Positions 1-12,850 of a stretch of DNA of 64,000 nucleotides are shown in pieces. A program made the position numbers and the translations under genes. Every line of letters starts with the position of its first letter. Position 1 is the first letter of the stretch. The stretch is from Vicugna vicugna (lineage: Eukaryota), in NCBI GenBank assembly GCA_013265495.1, contig MU062470.1, positions 806,001 to 870,000 on the forward strand, read 5' to 3'. Below the pieces are notes generated by a model. The model saw only the letters and a list, made by a program, of their open reading frames with translations, made no database searches and was not told the DNA's origin.

Positions 1-901
1 CGCCCGGCCTGCTGCTGCGTGACATCCAGGCTTGTGCTCTTTATTTCTCTTGTTATTATTAAATTTGGCAGAAAGACAGAAATTCCACAATCAGTCCAGC
101 TCTGAAAGTTGTGTGGAATTCTTCCAGGATGGCAAGAAAGAAATAGCATTTCTGTGCAAAGATGAAAGCCCCTAAGCGACACCTGGTTGACCTGGGCGGT
201 TTCAGTGTGAAGACAACTGTTAGGAACAATCAGGAGACGCGAGGTCTTGCCTGGACGCAGCTCCACGTGCCAAGGAGGACGTGAGATGCTGGAGGCCAGC
301 ATCCTCGCAGATGCTGTGCGAGCCCTCATTCTGTCCCAGGCCCCGCGCCGGGAGGGGCAGAGACACAGATGAGGGCGGGGCAGCGAGGGCCTTCGCTGAG
401 GGGGTCACAGCCGAGGCCGACGAGCCCGGTTTAGACCCGCGGGGACAGACCCAGGCCGCCGCGGTGTGGTCCAGTCTCTGACGCTGACTCATGAGCTCAG
501 AGAAGGCTCTTTCCTTTGGGCCCCTATTCTTCTTAGTGTCTTTACAACCCGATTTGGCAGAAATCTCTAAAGGACGCTGAACACTGTTGAGTTTCCCCGG
601 GGACAGAGCACCTTGCACGTCGCCCAGCACTCCCGGTGCTCCGGTCTCCTCTGCCCACCAAATACGGACGCTCAGTGCCGACTTGCAGTTTCCAGGGTCT
701 GACGTGGAGCAGCTGGCGGCCTCATTCAAGCACAGCCCCTTGAGATGATAAAACTGCTTTCCAAGTACCTTCTGTGTTTGAGAAGTTATAACTTCTCCAT
801 ACATCTAGGTAAATGACCTCTCCGTGGCAAAATCTTCACAAACACCTCAGAGTTAATTCTCCCTCCCAAGTGCGTTGGTACAATTCCACTGGTCTTCACA
901 G

Positions 902-1154
902 AACTACTGCGACCGTGTGAAAACCATCGCGTCAGCCCCACAGGGAACTGACCCGGTGCCTGACACCAGTGAGAGCTCCAGTCCAGGTCACTGCATCCCC
1001 AGGTCTGGGCCATTTCGTGCAGAAAAGCAGGACGCGGGCAGGAGAAGTGACGCGGGAGTACGTTGTTCACACGACCAGTAAGCGTGGCTGGAAAGACACC
1101 GAGTCAGTCCGCACTTCTAGCACCGCTGGAGGAAAACGAGGGACGACAGTCAAG
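902..1154 (+). other. Candidate exon A of a spliced + strand transcript
   Basis: Acceptor GTCTTCACAG| at 900-901 and consensus donor AAG|GTGAGT at 1155. One frame is open from 969 to 1154 and ends in phase 0. No family recognised. Confidence 0.3.
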
Positions 1155-1629
1155 GTGAGTCCAGAATCAAAGAGGAACTCCCAAAAACCAAAAGATGGAT
1201 GGTGAGAGGAGTCTGTTGTCAGAAGCTAGGAGAATCCGACTGCCCCCTGGTTCAGAAAGAGGGTCCTAAGTCTGTGGGGAGGGGGAGCCCCCAGAGTGCC
1301 CAGAGCCTCCCACTTCTGTCTTGCTTTTCCTTCTGTGTCCAACCAACGTCTCAGCCTGCAGAAAGCACCTGAGGGCAGAGGCGGGCACAGGCGGGGCCCT
1401 GCCCGCGGGGAGATGCCGTCTCTGCGGCACGTCCTACAGTCAAAGGACGCGCCTTTCACCCCCGACGCCCCTTCACAGAAGACGTGAGATGAAGGTGCCG
1501 CTGTCCTGGGCTCCAAACACTGAGATTGTTTTCTCCTCAAGCTGGTGGCCTTGGCACGAGCCTCCAGGCAAATGCCACACCGAATGGAGACCCAGAGAGC
1601 TCACCTTCATGCTTCTCTTTCAGTTTCAG

Positions 1630-1701
1630 GCCACGCTTAACCCAGGGATAGCAGGAATGACTGACCATTGCAGATCATCCAGGGGAAAGATCCCTCTGCA
1701 G
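1630..1701 (+). other. Candidate exon B (72 nt, phase 0-0)
   Basis: Acceptor CTTCTCTTTCAGTTTCAG| and donor CAG|GTTTGT. Open frame ATLNPGIAGMTDHCRSSRGKIPLQ, with ATG at 1657. Confidence 0.3.
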
Positions 1702-2154
1702 GTTTGTTTTCCTCCTCAGTTGAAAGAAAGGTCACTAACAAGTGTTTTCCAACAGGAGTGAGATTGCTTCAAATAATAAGGCCGTATTTACAAAAAAATG
1801 ACTTTGAGACAAATAAAATATTTAAGCCATAAGGCTGGAATGTAAAACAATACCAGCCAGATGAAAGAAAATGCCTGTTTATATAGAAAACAGACTTGAT
1901 ATTTCCAATGAGCAAGAGACAGCAGCATCCAAGAGGATTTTAATTCGTCTCCAAAGGCATATGCCCAAAAAAGCTCGCGTCTTCAGGCTTTCGCGTTTCC
2001 TTCACCCTCCCGGCCTTAGGCTCACAGAGGTCGCGTGTGATCTGATTAAGTGGAAGCAGAGAAAGGAAAGAGGTCACATCCAGAGTTCATGCCGTTTCTG
2101 ATGCTGAACAGAGAGGGCTTGTTACAAGGGCTGTCTCGCTCGGGTCCTTCCTAG

Positions 2155-2798
2155 GTGCTTAATTCTGGAGCTTCCAAATCTACAAAACTCCGTAAGATCA
2201 CCACGTGCTCAGGGACCTCTAGCTGGAGATCACGGATGCAAATGAGCCCAGGCAGTCCAGGAAGTGTCACCATCCGCAGAGGGACAGAGGCTGCTTTGGA
2301 TGCTGGTCCAGCTACCAGACGTCCCGAAGCCACAGGGGTGTCAACTGAGCTCATAGCCCGCTCAGGCGTCTCTAGCCATCCCACAGCGGGTGCCAGGGGT
2401 CAAGAGGGCAAGGATGACAGGAACGTGGAACTTTTATCTTTCAGATAAAATACTATCAAGAACAGCATGTGCTGACTGGTCACGCGTCCGCCCAAGGACT
2501 GACTGGTCACCTGCTCCGCGGGGGACACGGGGCAGCACGTCAGAGAGCACCTGCCTTTTGGAAATTTATACCCAAACCGAACAGTGAGCTCTCGGACATC
2601 AAGAGACGTAGGAGAACTCCACGACAGACCTTGAAGCATAGAAATACACGTGTGCAAACTTGGCGCCACATCACAGCCTGAGAACTGCCGGACCAGACCA
2701 TGAATGCTAGACCACTGCTCGAAGAAAGAAAAAAGAAAAAGAAAACCCGCACGTATAACACGGGAGATCGTGTTCTTAATTCTTACTGAGTAAATAAA
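2155..2798 (+). other. Candidate terminal exon C (97 codons to TAA at 2448, AATAAA at 2793-2798)
   Basis: Acceptor GTCCTTCCTAG| at 2153-2154, in phase with exon B, with a downstream polyA signal. Confidence 0.27.
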
Positions 2799-5630
2799 TA
2801 CACATGCCTTTCTTCCAAAAATAGAGACTTCAAGATTCACAGCCGACCTGGCAACGACACTGAGTCTGGGGGAGCCGGTGCGTTAGCGGCGGGGCAGGGC
2901 GCTGCGGGGGCTTCAGCACACGGATGGTATTTCCTTTACAATTTGCTCTGGCTTAAGCTTAAAAGCCTACTGTGTTTTTACAGTGTTCACGACAGTCAGT
3001 GGAGGTGTTGGACTGAATTCCGACCCTAACATTCCATTCCTTTGTGATCCGCACTCCTGGTCTCCACCATCCAAGAAGGCGAGACAGATTTTTATTCGCA
3101 TTCATCTGGACAGTGTGTGCCCTTTAACATTTCCATGCCTCTCCCACTGCCTGTGAACTGGGGAGCGTCTGGAAGCTCAGGCAGGACCTGGGTTTACGGA
3201 AGAGCCGTGCTTCTCATTGGAAATGACCAAAAGCTCCCAACAAAGACCAGGGGGCGAATTGGGTGGTTTTGAAACTTAACAGGTCTTCTTACTACTAACT
3301 CCTAGGGAAAGAGAAGGGGCTAGGATGACGGAGACCTGGGGGAAGGGCAGAAACTAGGCAGGAGGAGAAGGTGGAAATCAAATCTATTAAATTTCACAAG
3401 ATCAGCATATAGAAAGTGAAGCTAGCCACCACGGCATTGCTCACATTCCATTCTGAGACTTGGTCATTAATATGTAGTATTTTTTGTGATTACTTTATAG
3501 ACATGATGTCATTGCATCAGTGTTTTACTAATCACCGATGACACAGTTGCCAGAGACCCAAGTTATAATGTGGAGATGTTATGAGTGGAAAATGTTGCAA
3601 TTGCGGTGGGGGGGAGGGGAGGAGTTCAGATGAAGTTCAAGGCGTTTGGCTTGGATTTTCTGGGTGAACCAAATCTAGACTTCTCTGGCGGGGGTTCTAC
3701 GTTTTAGAACCACATGTAAAAACTCAACATTTTATTGTCTAAAAACTACCCAGAAAATTTAAAACTTCTGAAATGGGAATCTTGGGGGAAAGTGAATAGA
3801 AATCCCAGACACTCCAACAAAAACAGCCTCCTTCTTTTTGACAGCTCCAGGTTTAGACATTCCTCTGGTTTACAACCACAGAGCGGACTGAGCTGACAGA
3901 GGCAGCGCCCTGTCCTCCCGCGCGCTGTCCCAGCCGTGGCCGCTCCAGCAGACGTGCCCCGGGTGATGGGCGTGGCCTCTGCCCGGAAAGCCTGGGTGGG
4001 CACAGGTGCTTCTCCACTAGGAGGGACATGCATTTGTGACCTGAGGCTCTAAGGGGGCTGCCAGGGCGGGCGTGGTGGTTGGAGACAGACTCTGTGACTG
4101 TTCTTGGCTGGCCCACAGGAAGGGAACCTGGGGTGTGTAACCCTCAGGCCCTGGATCCACGTGGATTTTTGCTTCACTGTGGCCGTCCTCTTGCCTCCTT
4201 CTCCCCAGACCTCAGTTCTGCCGTCAGCACATCACCCTCACCTGGGTTCGTCTCTGCCTTGGTGGACCTCATTGGGAGCTTGACCAAAGACAGACGTGCA
4301 CACTTCCTGCGGAGGGCAGCTCAGAATTGTCCCTCTGCAAATTTCCAGGTGGGACATCTTGAAATTAAATATGGAACAGGAGGGAATTCCACGGAAAGGA
4401 TGGGCCCTGAAGGAAAGCCAGAGAGGGTGCTCTTTTTAAGCGAGTGCCTGCCTCACCAGGGACACACCTGCGCAGTGATCACGGAAGTTCTCTGAGATGA
4501 GGCGAACTCCGACTGCAGAGACCTAGGCCTCAGGGAGCCCCTCCCCGCAGAGGTGGTTGTGGCAGCAGGTGCGTGATGACGTGTGGAGTGTCACGTGCCC
4601 TTGGAAATAGAATTAGGTAAAAGCATTCACCCTGTTGATTGTACCGCCAGCTAAACCCACTGTGAAGAGCTATAAAAACACAGTGAAAAGTCTCTGGAAC
4701 TAACTCAGCAGAGCAGAGTGGAGCAGGCTGCTTATCCTCAGACGTCTCACAGCCGGCAAGGAAAATGCTGTGGGTAAATCGCAGTTATTCCTAAAACAAA
4801 TGTGACTAAAAGCAGCCAAGATGTGATGCCGAAAAGCAGTGAGGCCACCGGAAAATACTAGTGAAAGGGACAATGTATACATAATGAAGATGCTGTTTTT
4901 GAGTGAAAAAAAAACCCCATAAATCTCGTATTTTAAACAAATCTCTTAAACAGAAAAATAATCTGAATGAATGAGGCACATGTTACTTCAAAATACCTTT
5001 TATTTTCTCGTTGAAAGGCACCGAGGAGGAGCGGGCCTAGGGCTTGTTAAAAAGGCACAAAGGCACGTAGGTGAGATTATTTTGCTGAAGTGTGGGAGCT
5101 TCCCCTGCCTCTGCAGCTCCGGGGCTCAAGGTGGCTTTTGTGGAATTGGGTTTATCATTCTTTGTGTCTGGCAGCTTCTTACAAAGGGCTTGTGAGTTAA
5201 ACTTCTGAGGAGAGGTTTTGTCAATTTTCTCTCCACTGCCTGTGTTTCTGGAGGGTTGCAGGGCAAGGCAGGTGAGGCATTTGCCCCCAGCCCAATAAAC
5301 TTAGGACTCCGATACATAATATTTTAATGCAGTATTTTTAAAAAATCAAAGTTGACACCAAAAAATTCATACGGGATACCACGTCCAAATTTTGAATAAA
5401 GACATCTGCTTTTTCCACCCGTGTACGGACAGGATCAGGCTTCCCCTCACCCAGCTCTGGCCTTGCTTGTGAAGAGCGTGCTTGCTGGTCGGTCGGTCAG
5501 GACAGGCCAGTCCTGCCACCTTGGAACATGGTTCATGCTTTCGTCCCACACAAGCACCTACGCAGTGAGGAACTGGAGGGGAGGAGGGAAGAAAGGGTGG
5601 GAGAGATGAGAGAATACTTAAGATCTGTTT

Positions 5631-5921
5631 CAGAGACTCCAGGCTCACAGGCATAGAGAACAAACCTGTGGCCACTGGCTGGGGAAAGGGGGGGAAGGGA
5701 TAAACTGGGAGTTCGGGATCTGCAGATACTAACTAACATATGTAAAGTAGGTTAAGAACACAAGGACCTACTGTAGAGCACAGGGGACTATATTCAATAG
5801 CCTACAAGGAAAAGGATATGAAAAGGAATGTATTACATGTGTGTATAACTGACCCACTGTGCTGTGCACCAGAAGCTAACACAACGTCATAAGCTGACTA
5901 TACTTCAATAAATAAATTTTA
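5631..5921 (+). mobile_element. 5'-truncated L1 3' end (cetartiodactyl/camelid type)
   Basis: Matches the L1 3'UTR (cacaggcatagagaacaaac...ggacctactgtagagcacagg...gactatacttcaataaa). Imperfect TSD AAGATCTGTTT (5620-5630) / AAAATCTGTCT (5922-5932) at a TT/AAGA endonuclease-like site. Confidence 0.9.
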
Positions 5922-7478
5922 AAAATCTGTCTTAAAGAAAGCTCACAGAGTTCCACTTACTGGCCTTATTTCCCAGTGTCCCTTCCGTACTCATCAATAA
6001 GATGTTCAGTGACCACCCGCCAATAAAGATGCCTCACCCAGGACGTCAGTGCCCATCAGGCCGGGGCCCGGGGGGCAGGAGGGCTCGCTGGGGACAGTGA
6101 CTCCAAGGGGAGGAGGGCCCTTTCCTCACCTAACGCCTTTCTCCGTGGGCTTCCTTCCTGGACCATCTTGGTGCTGGAGGACCCTGAGCGAGATTCCCAC
6201 TGGCTCTAAGAGAAGTGAAGCTGCGTGTCTGACCTAATTTCTGTTCAAAACCAGGACGTGGCAAAGCTGTTAATGTGAAGAGATGAGCGTATCCGCACGC
6301 AACTATGAAAAACATCTGGTCCAGTGACGTCAGGAATCTCGGAGGACGGTTCTGGTGTCACGAATGTCTGCGGCTCAGCCACACTAAGTTGGAGGGGGTA
6401 AACTCCCGGTGGGGGGGGCACCAGGGACCGGACAGCGGGAGGCAGAGCAGGAGCAGAGCCGTGGCTCGCCCAGTCGGATGGCCCAAGACCAAGCTCTCTT
6501 CCTGTGCCCCCCGCTCCAAGCTGCACCCCAGCTTTGTGCACGGTCCGTGGGATGAGCTCTCAGTAGTTTGTCCGGACTGAGGATCATGTTTCAAATCCCG
6601 TGTGCATTTGAACCACGTGCAGGGGACGCCAGCTTGGGAAGCGGAGGGTGATGGGACGGCATCCTGAGCTTGGAGGAGGATGTAGGGACGGAGAGAACCC
6701 AGACTCACACCAGAGCTGCTCTTCTAAGAAGCGTCTTAGGTTCCGGACAGTAATTGGAAAGTGTCTCTGCCGGTGAGTCCACTCGTAAGTGAAAGGTGAC
6801 GGCATGGTTAACTGTCCTGTGACTGTTACCACCTCTACTGTTGCACCGAAAGCATAGAGAGCAAAGCTCGGTGCCCACCAAGCACTCGGTAAGAGCTCCC
6901 CGTGGCCTCACCCCCAGAGGTGCTCGCTCTGTTGCGGGGCCTTGAGAGCTCGCCTTTCTGATGGTGCTCAGGCCCATCTCCGCCTCCCTGTTCCGGCGGA
7001 GCCCACCACCTCTCGTCGCCACTCGACTTTCCCGGCACAGCACGACCTCCTCCTCAATCTCCGATCTCACACGTGGACCCCTGATCACAGCGCACCTTTC
7101 AAGCAGCACATCGTGTCCCGCATTCCTAGGCCCCTCGTTCACTTCCCTCCACTCTGATTTCTCTACCCTCCTGCACAAGAGCAGGCGGGCCAGCAGCCCC
7201 TCAGGATTCCAGTGTCAGGCCGGGCTCCGAGCCAGCAGCGTCCAGCGAGCCCTGGGGCCCTTGGTGACGGTTTCTTGTCCCGACCTTGGCTTTCCCATTG
7301 GCAAGATGAGAAGTCAGGCTATGGCTTCGCTGAGGACCCTTCCTCCGTTTGCATGAAATCAGAGGCACGTAGCCAGGGTCTTCTGATCTTGTGGACGGTG
7401 AGGTTTTATTTCTCTGCTTGCTTCAGACTAAGAGGGATAAAACATCTACAACGTGGTCTTAAACCTGCTTAGCAGGGT

Positions 7479-7734
7479 TTTATTAAAAACTTTGTTGTTA
7501 CTGTCAAAATGGGAAATCTTACTCTCCAAGAAATTTCTAAATTTAATTTTCAATTTGATTCTTCTGATTCCTGAACATTTTCTTTGAAACGTCTCACAAT
7601 GTGACACACAAATGTAAATCTTGTCTGTAGTCTAGCAGTAGAAAGTCCTCGTCTGTAAACTTTCCATCTCGTTGGCTTAATATTTAACGCCCTCACAATG
7701 ATTAGCGTCACATAGCGTGCCTTTCCAAGCCACC
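7479..7734 (-). other. Candidate terminal exon of a minus-strand transcript
   Basis: Acceptor CTATTTCTGATTTCAG|G at 7736-7735 and AATAAA on the minus strand at 7484-7479. Confidence 0.25.
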
Positions 7735-7989
7735 CTGAAATCAGAAATAGCATTAGTCTTCTTCTCTGCTGTTGTAATTGTAAAACACAATTTTTAAAGA
7801 TCTATAGTTTGATAAGATAAATAATTATATTTTGCACAATTGACGTGAATTTGTTGAGTGTCTGAGAGACACGAGACAACTGTCAGAGTCACTCACATTT
7901 TGCACGTTCACACAGGGAGGGAGAGCCGCCTTCAAACCCAGCTCATGCCGCCAGGGTTGCCGTGAGTGGACGTTTGGGGGATATCATTT

Positions 7990-8890
7990 CAGGCTTTTCT
8001 GTTCTATACACACCTATACAGGCAGGTGTACACAGTTTATTTTATAAACACAGTATGATTTTGCTATGCAACTTACTTTATATTCCAAAAAAATTCATGA
8101 AAAATTTGCATGGTCTTTTTTAATAGCTACATAATAATATAGTGTCTAGATAGACTGTAACAATTCAGAAATTGCTCTATTGATTATTATTTAGATTGTT
8201 CCCATCTGTCCTTCCAAATGGTATGAATTGGACACCCCGCGAGTGTATCACTACACTCCTGAGTAAGCATCCCTGCTGATCACTGTCAAGGACTGAAATT
8301 GCTGAATAATAGCATTTGCTCATCATTTGTTTTGTTAAATACGTCCCGATGACCTTCGAAACAATCTGAGCCAAAATGCAGCCTCACCAGCCCTGGCTTT
8401 TACCCGGTGGCTCCCTACCCTTGACAAACTGGGACGCTGGCATCGTGTTTATTTGTGCCTCTGTTTGGGAAACGTGGGAAATACAAACGATAGTGTTTCA
8501 ACTTGCTCCTAATGACGATTACTGTTTTATGCCTCATTACATTGTGTGTTTTCATCTTTCATGAACTAGTGACTCATTCGTATCCTGTCACCTTCTCCCT
8601 TTTGAGCTGTTGATCACCCCCTGTTAATTCCTGGTAGCTGTTTGTGCATTCGGCGTCTGAGCCAGATATCTGTTCTGGCTGCAAATGTTTTCTTCCAGAA
8701 GTGTCTTTAAGTTTTAATGTTATTTATAACATTTTCCCCAAACATAAGCTTTTATGTTTGAGGCTGACAAATCTGTCTTCTCCTGGAAGTCTTCTGAATT
8801 GTAACGCCTTCTTCAGAAGGCTTTCTGTAGCCCCAAATCATAAATGCTTTCTTTTATTTTCCTGTCATATTTGGAAAGTCAAATGAATTC
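7990..8890 (-). mobile_element. Ancient L1M (L1ME-like) 3' and ORF2-end fragments
   Basis: AT-rich degenerate sequence resembling the antisense L1 3' end and ORF2 C-terminus. Confidence 0.5.
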
Positions 8891-10199
8891 AATTGCCATC
8901 TGTACTGTTCTCGACTCAAACACCCAGGAGACCTACAGACGTCATTTCTGGATTCTGTTTTAACAACAGAGCCTCTGCCTGCAACCTCGAATCCCCAAAC
9001 TGACACCACCAAAGTGCTGGAAGGCTGGGAGATGCTTCCCCATCAGCTCCTCCACTTGGTGGAGCCCACGTACGTCTTATGGAATCTGCTGAGGACCGCA
9101 GGCCTCCTCTCCCCGGTGGCACCTCTCCGGTCTCCATCTTGCCTGCAGACGGACCAAAGGACTTGGCTGGAGAACCTGGCACGGTGGGCTGATGAATCCT
9201 GGCACACACCACCAAGGTCAAGGGCTGGCTCTCTGTCCATGTTAGACCTTGGCCATGGTTATCATTCTGTCCTTGGGAACAGCCTCCCATCCCTGCCTAA
9301 CGACGCAGGGGAGAGGTGTTGAAGCCAAACTGCACAGCAAAGGAGGAGGCCCTGACCTCACGTAGACAGGCCCTGGGGGTCTCCTTTCAGAGAGAAATGG
9401 TGCTTCCATTCTAAACACATATCTGCATTTGTATCTGCTTTCCGTGGTAACAGAATCACCACTGGGTTTGTTTTTGTTTTTTTTTTAAAGCCAGTGGGAT
9501 GTTGACAGGCGCCATATTGTATGTTTTCTGGTGAATCTTCCCTCTCACGACTCACAGGTACGCCGAGATCATACGGATAACATGCAGCATTGGTTTTTTT
9601 TCTCTTTTGTGTGTCTTCCCCCCTTAGCAGTTACTCAGCGCCACACACTATTGTTAGCAAGCTGGTCGAGTTTCAGAGTCTCGGCTCGGGTCTGAGATTG
9701 ATTTAAAGCCCCCGACCCGCTGCAGCTGTCCCGGGAAAGGCCTTGCTGCTATTCCGGGCGGTCGCTGGTGTTTCTCTTCAACCCTTATTATCCAGAAAAT
9801 CTCTAAATAAGTTCTATAAATGGAACTTTCAGCTGCTTTTACCAAGAGTGGCTTGGATTATAAGGTTTTAAGGTCATACATTTTTATTTGGAACTCATGC
9901 TACAGGGGTTGAATTCAACCATCATCTATCACCGATTTACACAGAAAAGAAGGAAGAAAGGTCAACATTTTGCCTTCCAGACATCGTTGTCTGTTGGCAC
10001 ATACACATGCACACGTGTGGGTGTGAGTTTAGGACCATGTGGAAAGCACGGAGCGAGGGAAGCATGGCAGTCGGCTGCAGGCGGCCCCGGAGCTGGCCCA
10101 CGGCGAGCTCTGGGCGAAGCCCTCGGAGGACGGCAACAGGTAACGGCTGAGCAGTGGAATCTAGGACTGGCGTCAGTTTTTAGTGATTTCCAATTGAAA

Positions 10200-10800
10200 A
10201 ATTGATTTTCAGGGCCGCGGGTCCAACCCGTGCCCGGGGAGAAGGCGCGTGTGGCGGTCCGCCAGGCAAGCCGCCAGGAGAGGGCTGCGGCCAGCGGCGC
10301 CGGGGGCCCGGGCGGGAAGGCAGGCACAGACGGCCTCCCCGCAGCACCCGCTTCGGTTTTGTGCCGGCCCTACGAGCCAGGGGTTGTGCCTCTCTTTCTA
10401 CACGTGAGGAAACTGAGTCTCACAGAGATTAAACCAGCTTCCCCTCAGAGCGCACGGCTGGGAAACGGCAGAGCTGAGGCTCAAAACCAAGGCTCCTGAG
10501 TCATGGCTCTGAGGTGTCCTTGGTGTTCACGCTCTCACCCTATCTGCTAGGAAGTAGTTAAAGGTCAGATGATGGGAAAATCAAGGGGCAGCCAGTGAGC
10601 TTTCGAGGACTGTTTTCTTTAACCCTACAAGGTACTTGGGGACAGCGTGAGTGACACGGGAAGTCCTGCGCCTGGACCGGCCGCCGCGGTCGGCCACGCT
10701 GGGAGGACCGGCCCACCCACTCCCCAACCGCCGGGTCACTGGCTGGGTTCCCGGGTCAGAGGCCACACCGCCCACGACCTCATCGCCCTCTCACTTCGCA
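10200..10800. promoter_or_regulatory. CpG-rich island or enhancer-like segment
   Basis: High GC and dense CpG at 10210-10380 and 10640-10800, interrupted by a MIR. Confidence 0.5.
10388..10505 (-). mobile_element. MIR SINE fragment
   Basis: MIR core antisense: gaggaaactgagtctcacagagattaa...ggcagagctgagg. Confidence 0.8.
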
Positions 10801-12429
10801 CCGTCCTTCCCGCGTGTCCTTGCTTCTCTCCTCCCATCAGTGTGGGCTCTGCTCTCCAAAGCCTGCCTCTCACCTGCCTGTGTTGGCGACATGTATTCAG
10901 GAGCACCCTTACTCCGGCCCTCCAGGCTCCAGCTGGCTCTCTGCGTGGAACCAGGAGCATCTCTTCCCCCTGGAACCTCACAGGAAGTTCTCCAACTCTG
11001 ACCGGAAACCACAGCATGCCTACTGCCTCGCGCCAGATCAAAATATTTTCTTTCTCATCTACTTCACATAAAAGACAGTCTTTCCAACCACTGTATTTCT
11101 CTCCTTTTTCTAGACAATTTCTTTACATATCTGATGACGTGGCCAAAAGTGGGACTAATTCCACCCCAGACACCTTGACTCCTAGTCGCGGGTGCGAATC
11201 GCATTGTGGCGACAGCTTTCACACGCTCAGGGATAGAGTTTTTCCACCTTTGTTTTTAATACTTCAAAGAAATGTCAGCGTGTATATTCAAAATGGTGGA
11301 TTTGAATAAAATATTGCTCCACATCAGATTACTTTGTTAAGTTTTTAGGTGATCACCTTAAAAATAAAACATTAGGAAACTTAAACAAAGGATCATATCC
11401 CAATACATGAGGAAATGCATTGTATTATAATTAACCAAACTGACCTGAAACCATGTGAAGAAGCACGGAGTGATTGTTTCAATTTGTAACTGTAGTGATT
11501 ATTCACCAATGAACTTACTATAGAATTTATTTATTGTGCTAAGCAGAGAAGCTTCAAAACACTGACTAAGAGTGAGAAGCGGTGGTTCCGTGGCTCCAGC
11601 CTCCACTTTATTCCGGAGAAGGAGCCACTCGGCCTGTTGGTCGACAGGCACTGAGAGCCGGGAGTGTTCGTTTCACGTCAAGCCCGTTGGCGATATTCTC
11701 AAACTGCTGATGGCTGCTCACAGCTCCACCTCCTGAGAGCAAAGCCGAGCAGCCCATCACGTAGTCAACGCGACGGAACTTGAGATCCTTACAGGGCAGG
11801 GACCGTGTTCACGATTATTCTCTTGTCCTGGCTAAACGGCCCCCAGCTTTATGAAGTCCTCCTGCACATGGTGTTTCCAGCTTCCAGGTCCTTCACACTG
11901 CTTTGTAAGCAGCTGTTTGAAATGGTGCTGCACAGAAAGGAGCACCGTGTCCCAGGCCTGACAGGGGCCGGGCGCGTCCTGTGAGACCGCCCTTGATCAA
12001 CAGGTCCAGCCCAGCAGCACAGGCAGAGGCCATTCCTGTGAAAAGAAATGGGACCACGCTAACGGTTCTTAAGTTCAGGGACAACTAAAACCCCAAGATG
12101 CTGTCTTGCCACCCTGCTTGCACCATACACATACAGGACCAGCCGGACAGCCTGACCCCCAACCCAAGATATTACACTGTGTTTCAAAACTTTGTGGGTT
12201 TCCTATGTATCAAATTATAAATCCATTCCGACAGACAAAAGGCACAGCCTTCTATTTCTTTAAGACAAGCCCCTTTCTGCCTTAGACTGCTGTGAGGAAA
12301 CACCTTTCCAACTTTGATTCACAATTTCCTCGAGGTCCATCCAGCTTCTTCCTGCCATTGGGTCCTCAAACCAACAGCTCACATTTTAGATTTTTGTTAC
12401 ACCAGCACCCACTTTTGAGAACCAATTTC

Positions 12430-12850
12430 TGTCTCAGTTCTCTAATGCTGCATAACTGCCCGCCCCAAAGCTTAATGACTTAAAGCAACAACTATTTCAT
12501 TCCATCACACCGTTACACGGGTTGGCTGAGGGTTACTGGCTTGTGGTTTCTTCTGCTGGTCTGTCTCGGGGAATCTAATGTATTCATTTAAATGAACAGA
12601 TGGTGGGATATCAAAGCTGGACACCCAGCCACATGCCTGGAGCCTCAGTGTCCCTGCACGTGGCCTCTCTGTCCATGTGGTGTCTCTTCACGTGGCTTCT
12701 CCCTCTAAAAGGGTGGAGCAGAAACCCGAGACTAGTCCTGAGAAGGCCACAGCATGGCTTCACTGCCACCACTTTCTGTGGGTTACAACAAACCACAGAG
12801 CAAGAGCAGGTTCGACGTGGGAGGGAGCCACACAGGTCACGGGAGGCTAT
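12430..12850 (-). mobile_element. MaLR LTR (MLT1-type) fragment
   Basis: tgtctcagttctctaatgctgcataac...gcttaatgacttaaagcaacaac matches the antisense MLT1 terminus. Confidence 0.7.

Noticed and set aside
72-175. Possible terminal coding exon (RQKFHNQSSSESCVEFFQDGKKEIAFLCKDESP*)
   Set aside because: Poor polypyrimidine tract, no recognised protein, and upstream context lies outside the window.
3500-3600. Box C-like ATGATG (also at 10570) suggesting C/D snoRNAs
   Set aside because: No appropriately placed CTGA D box or terminal stem.
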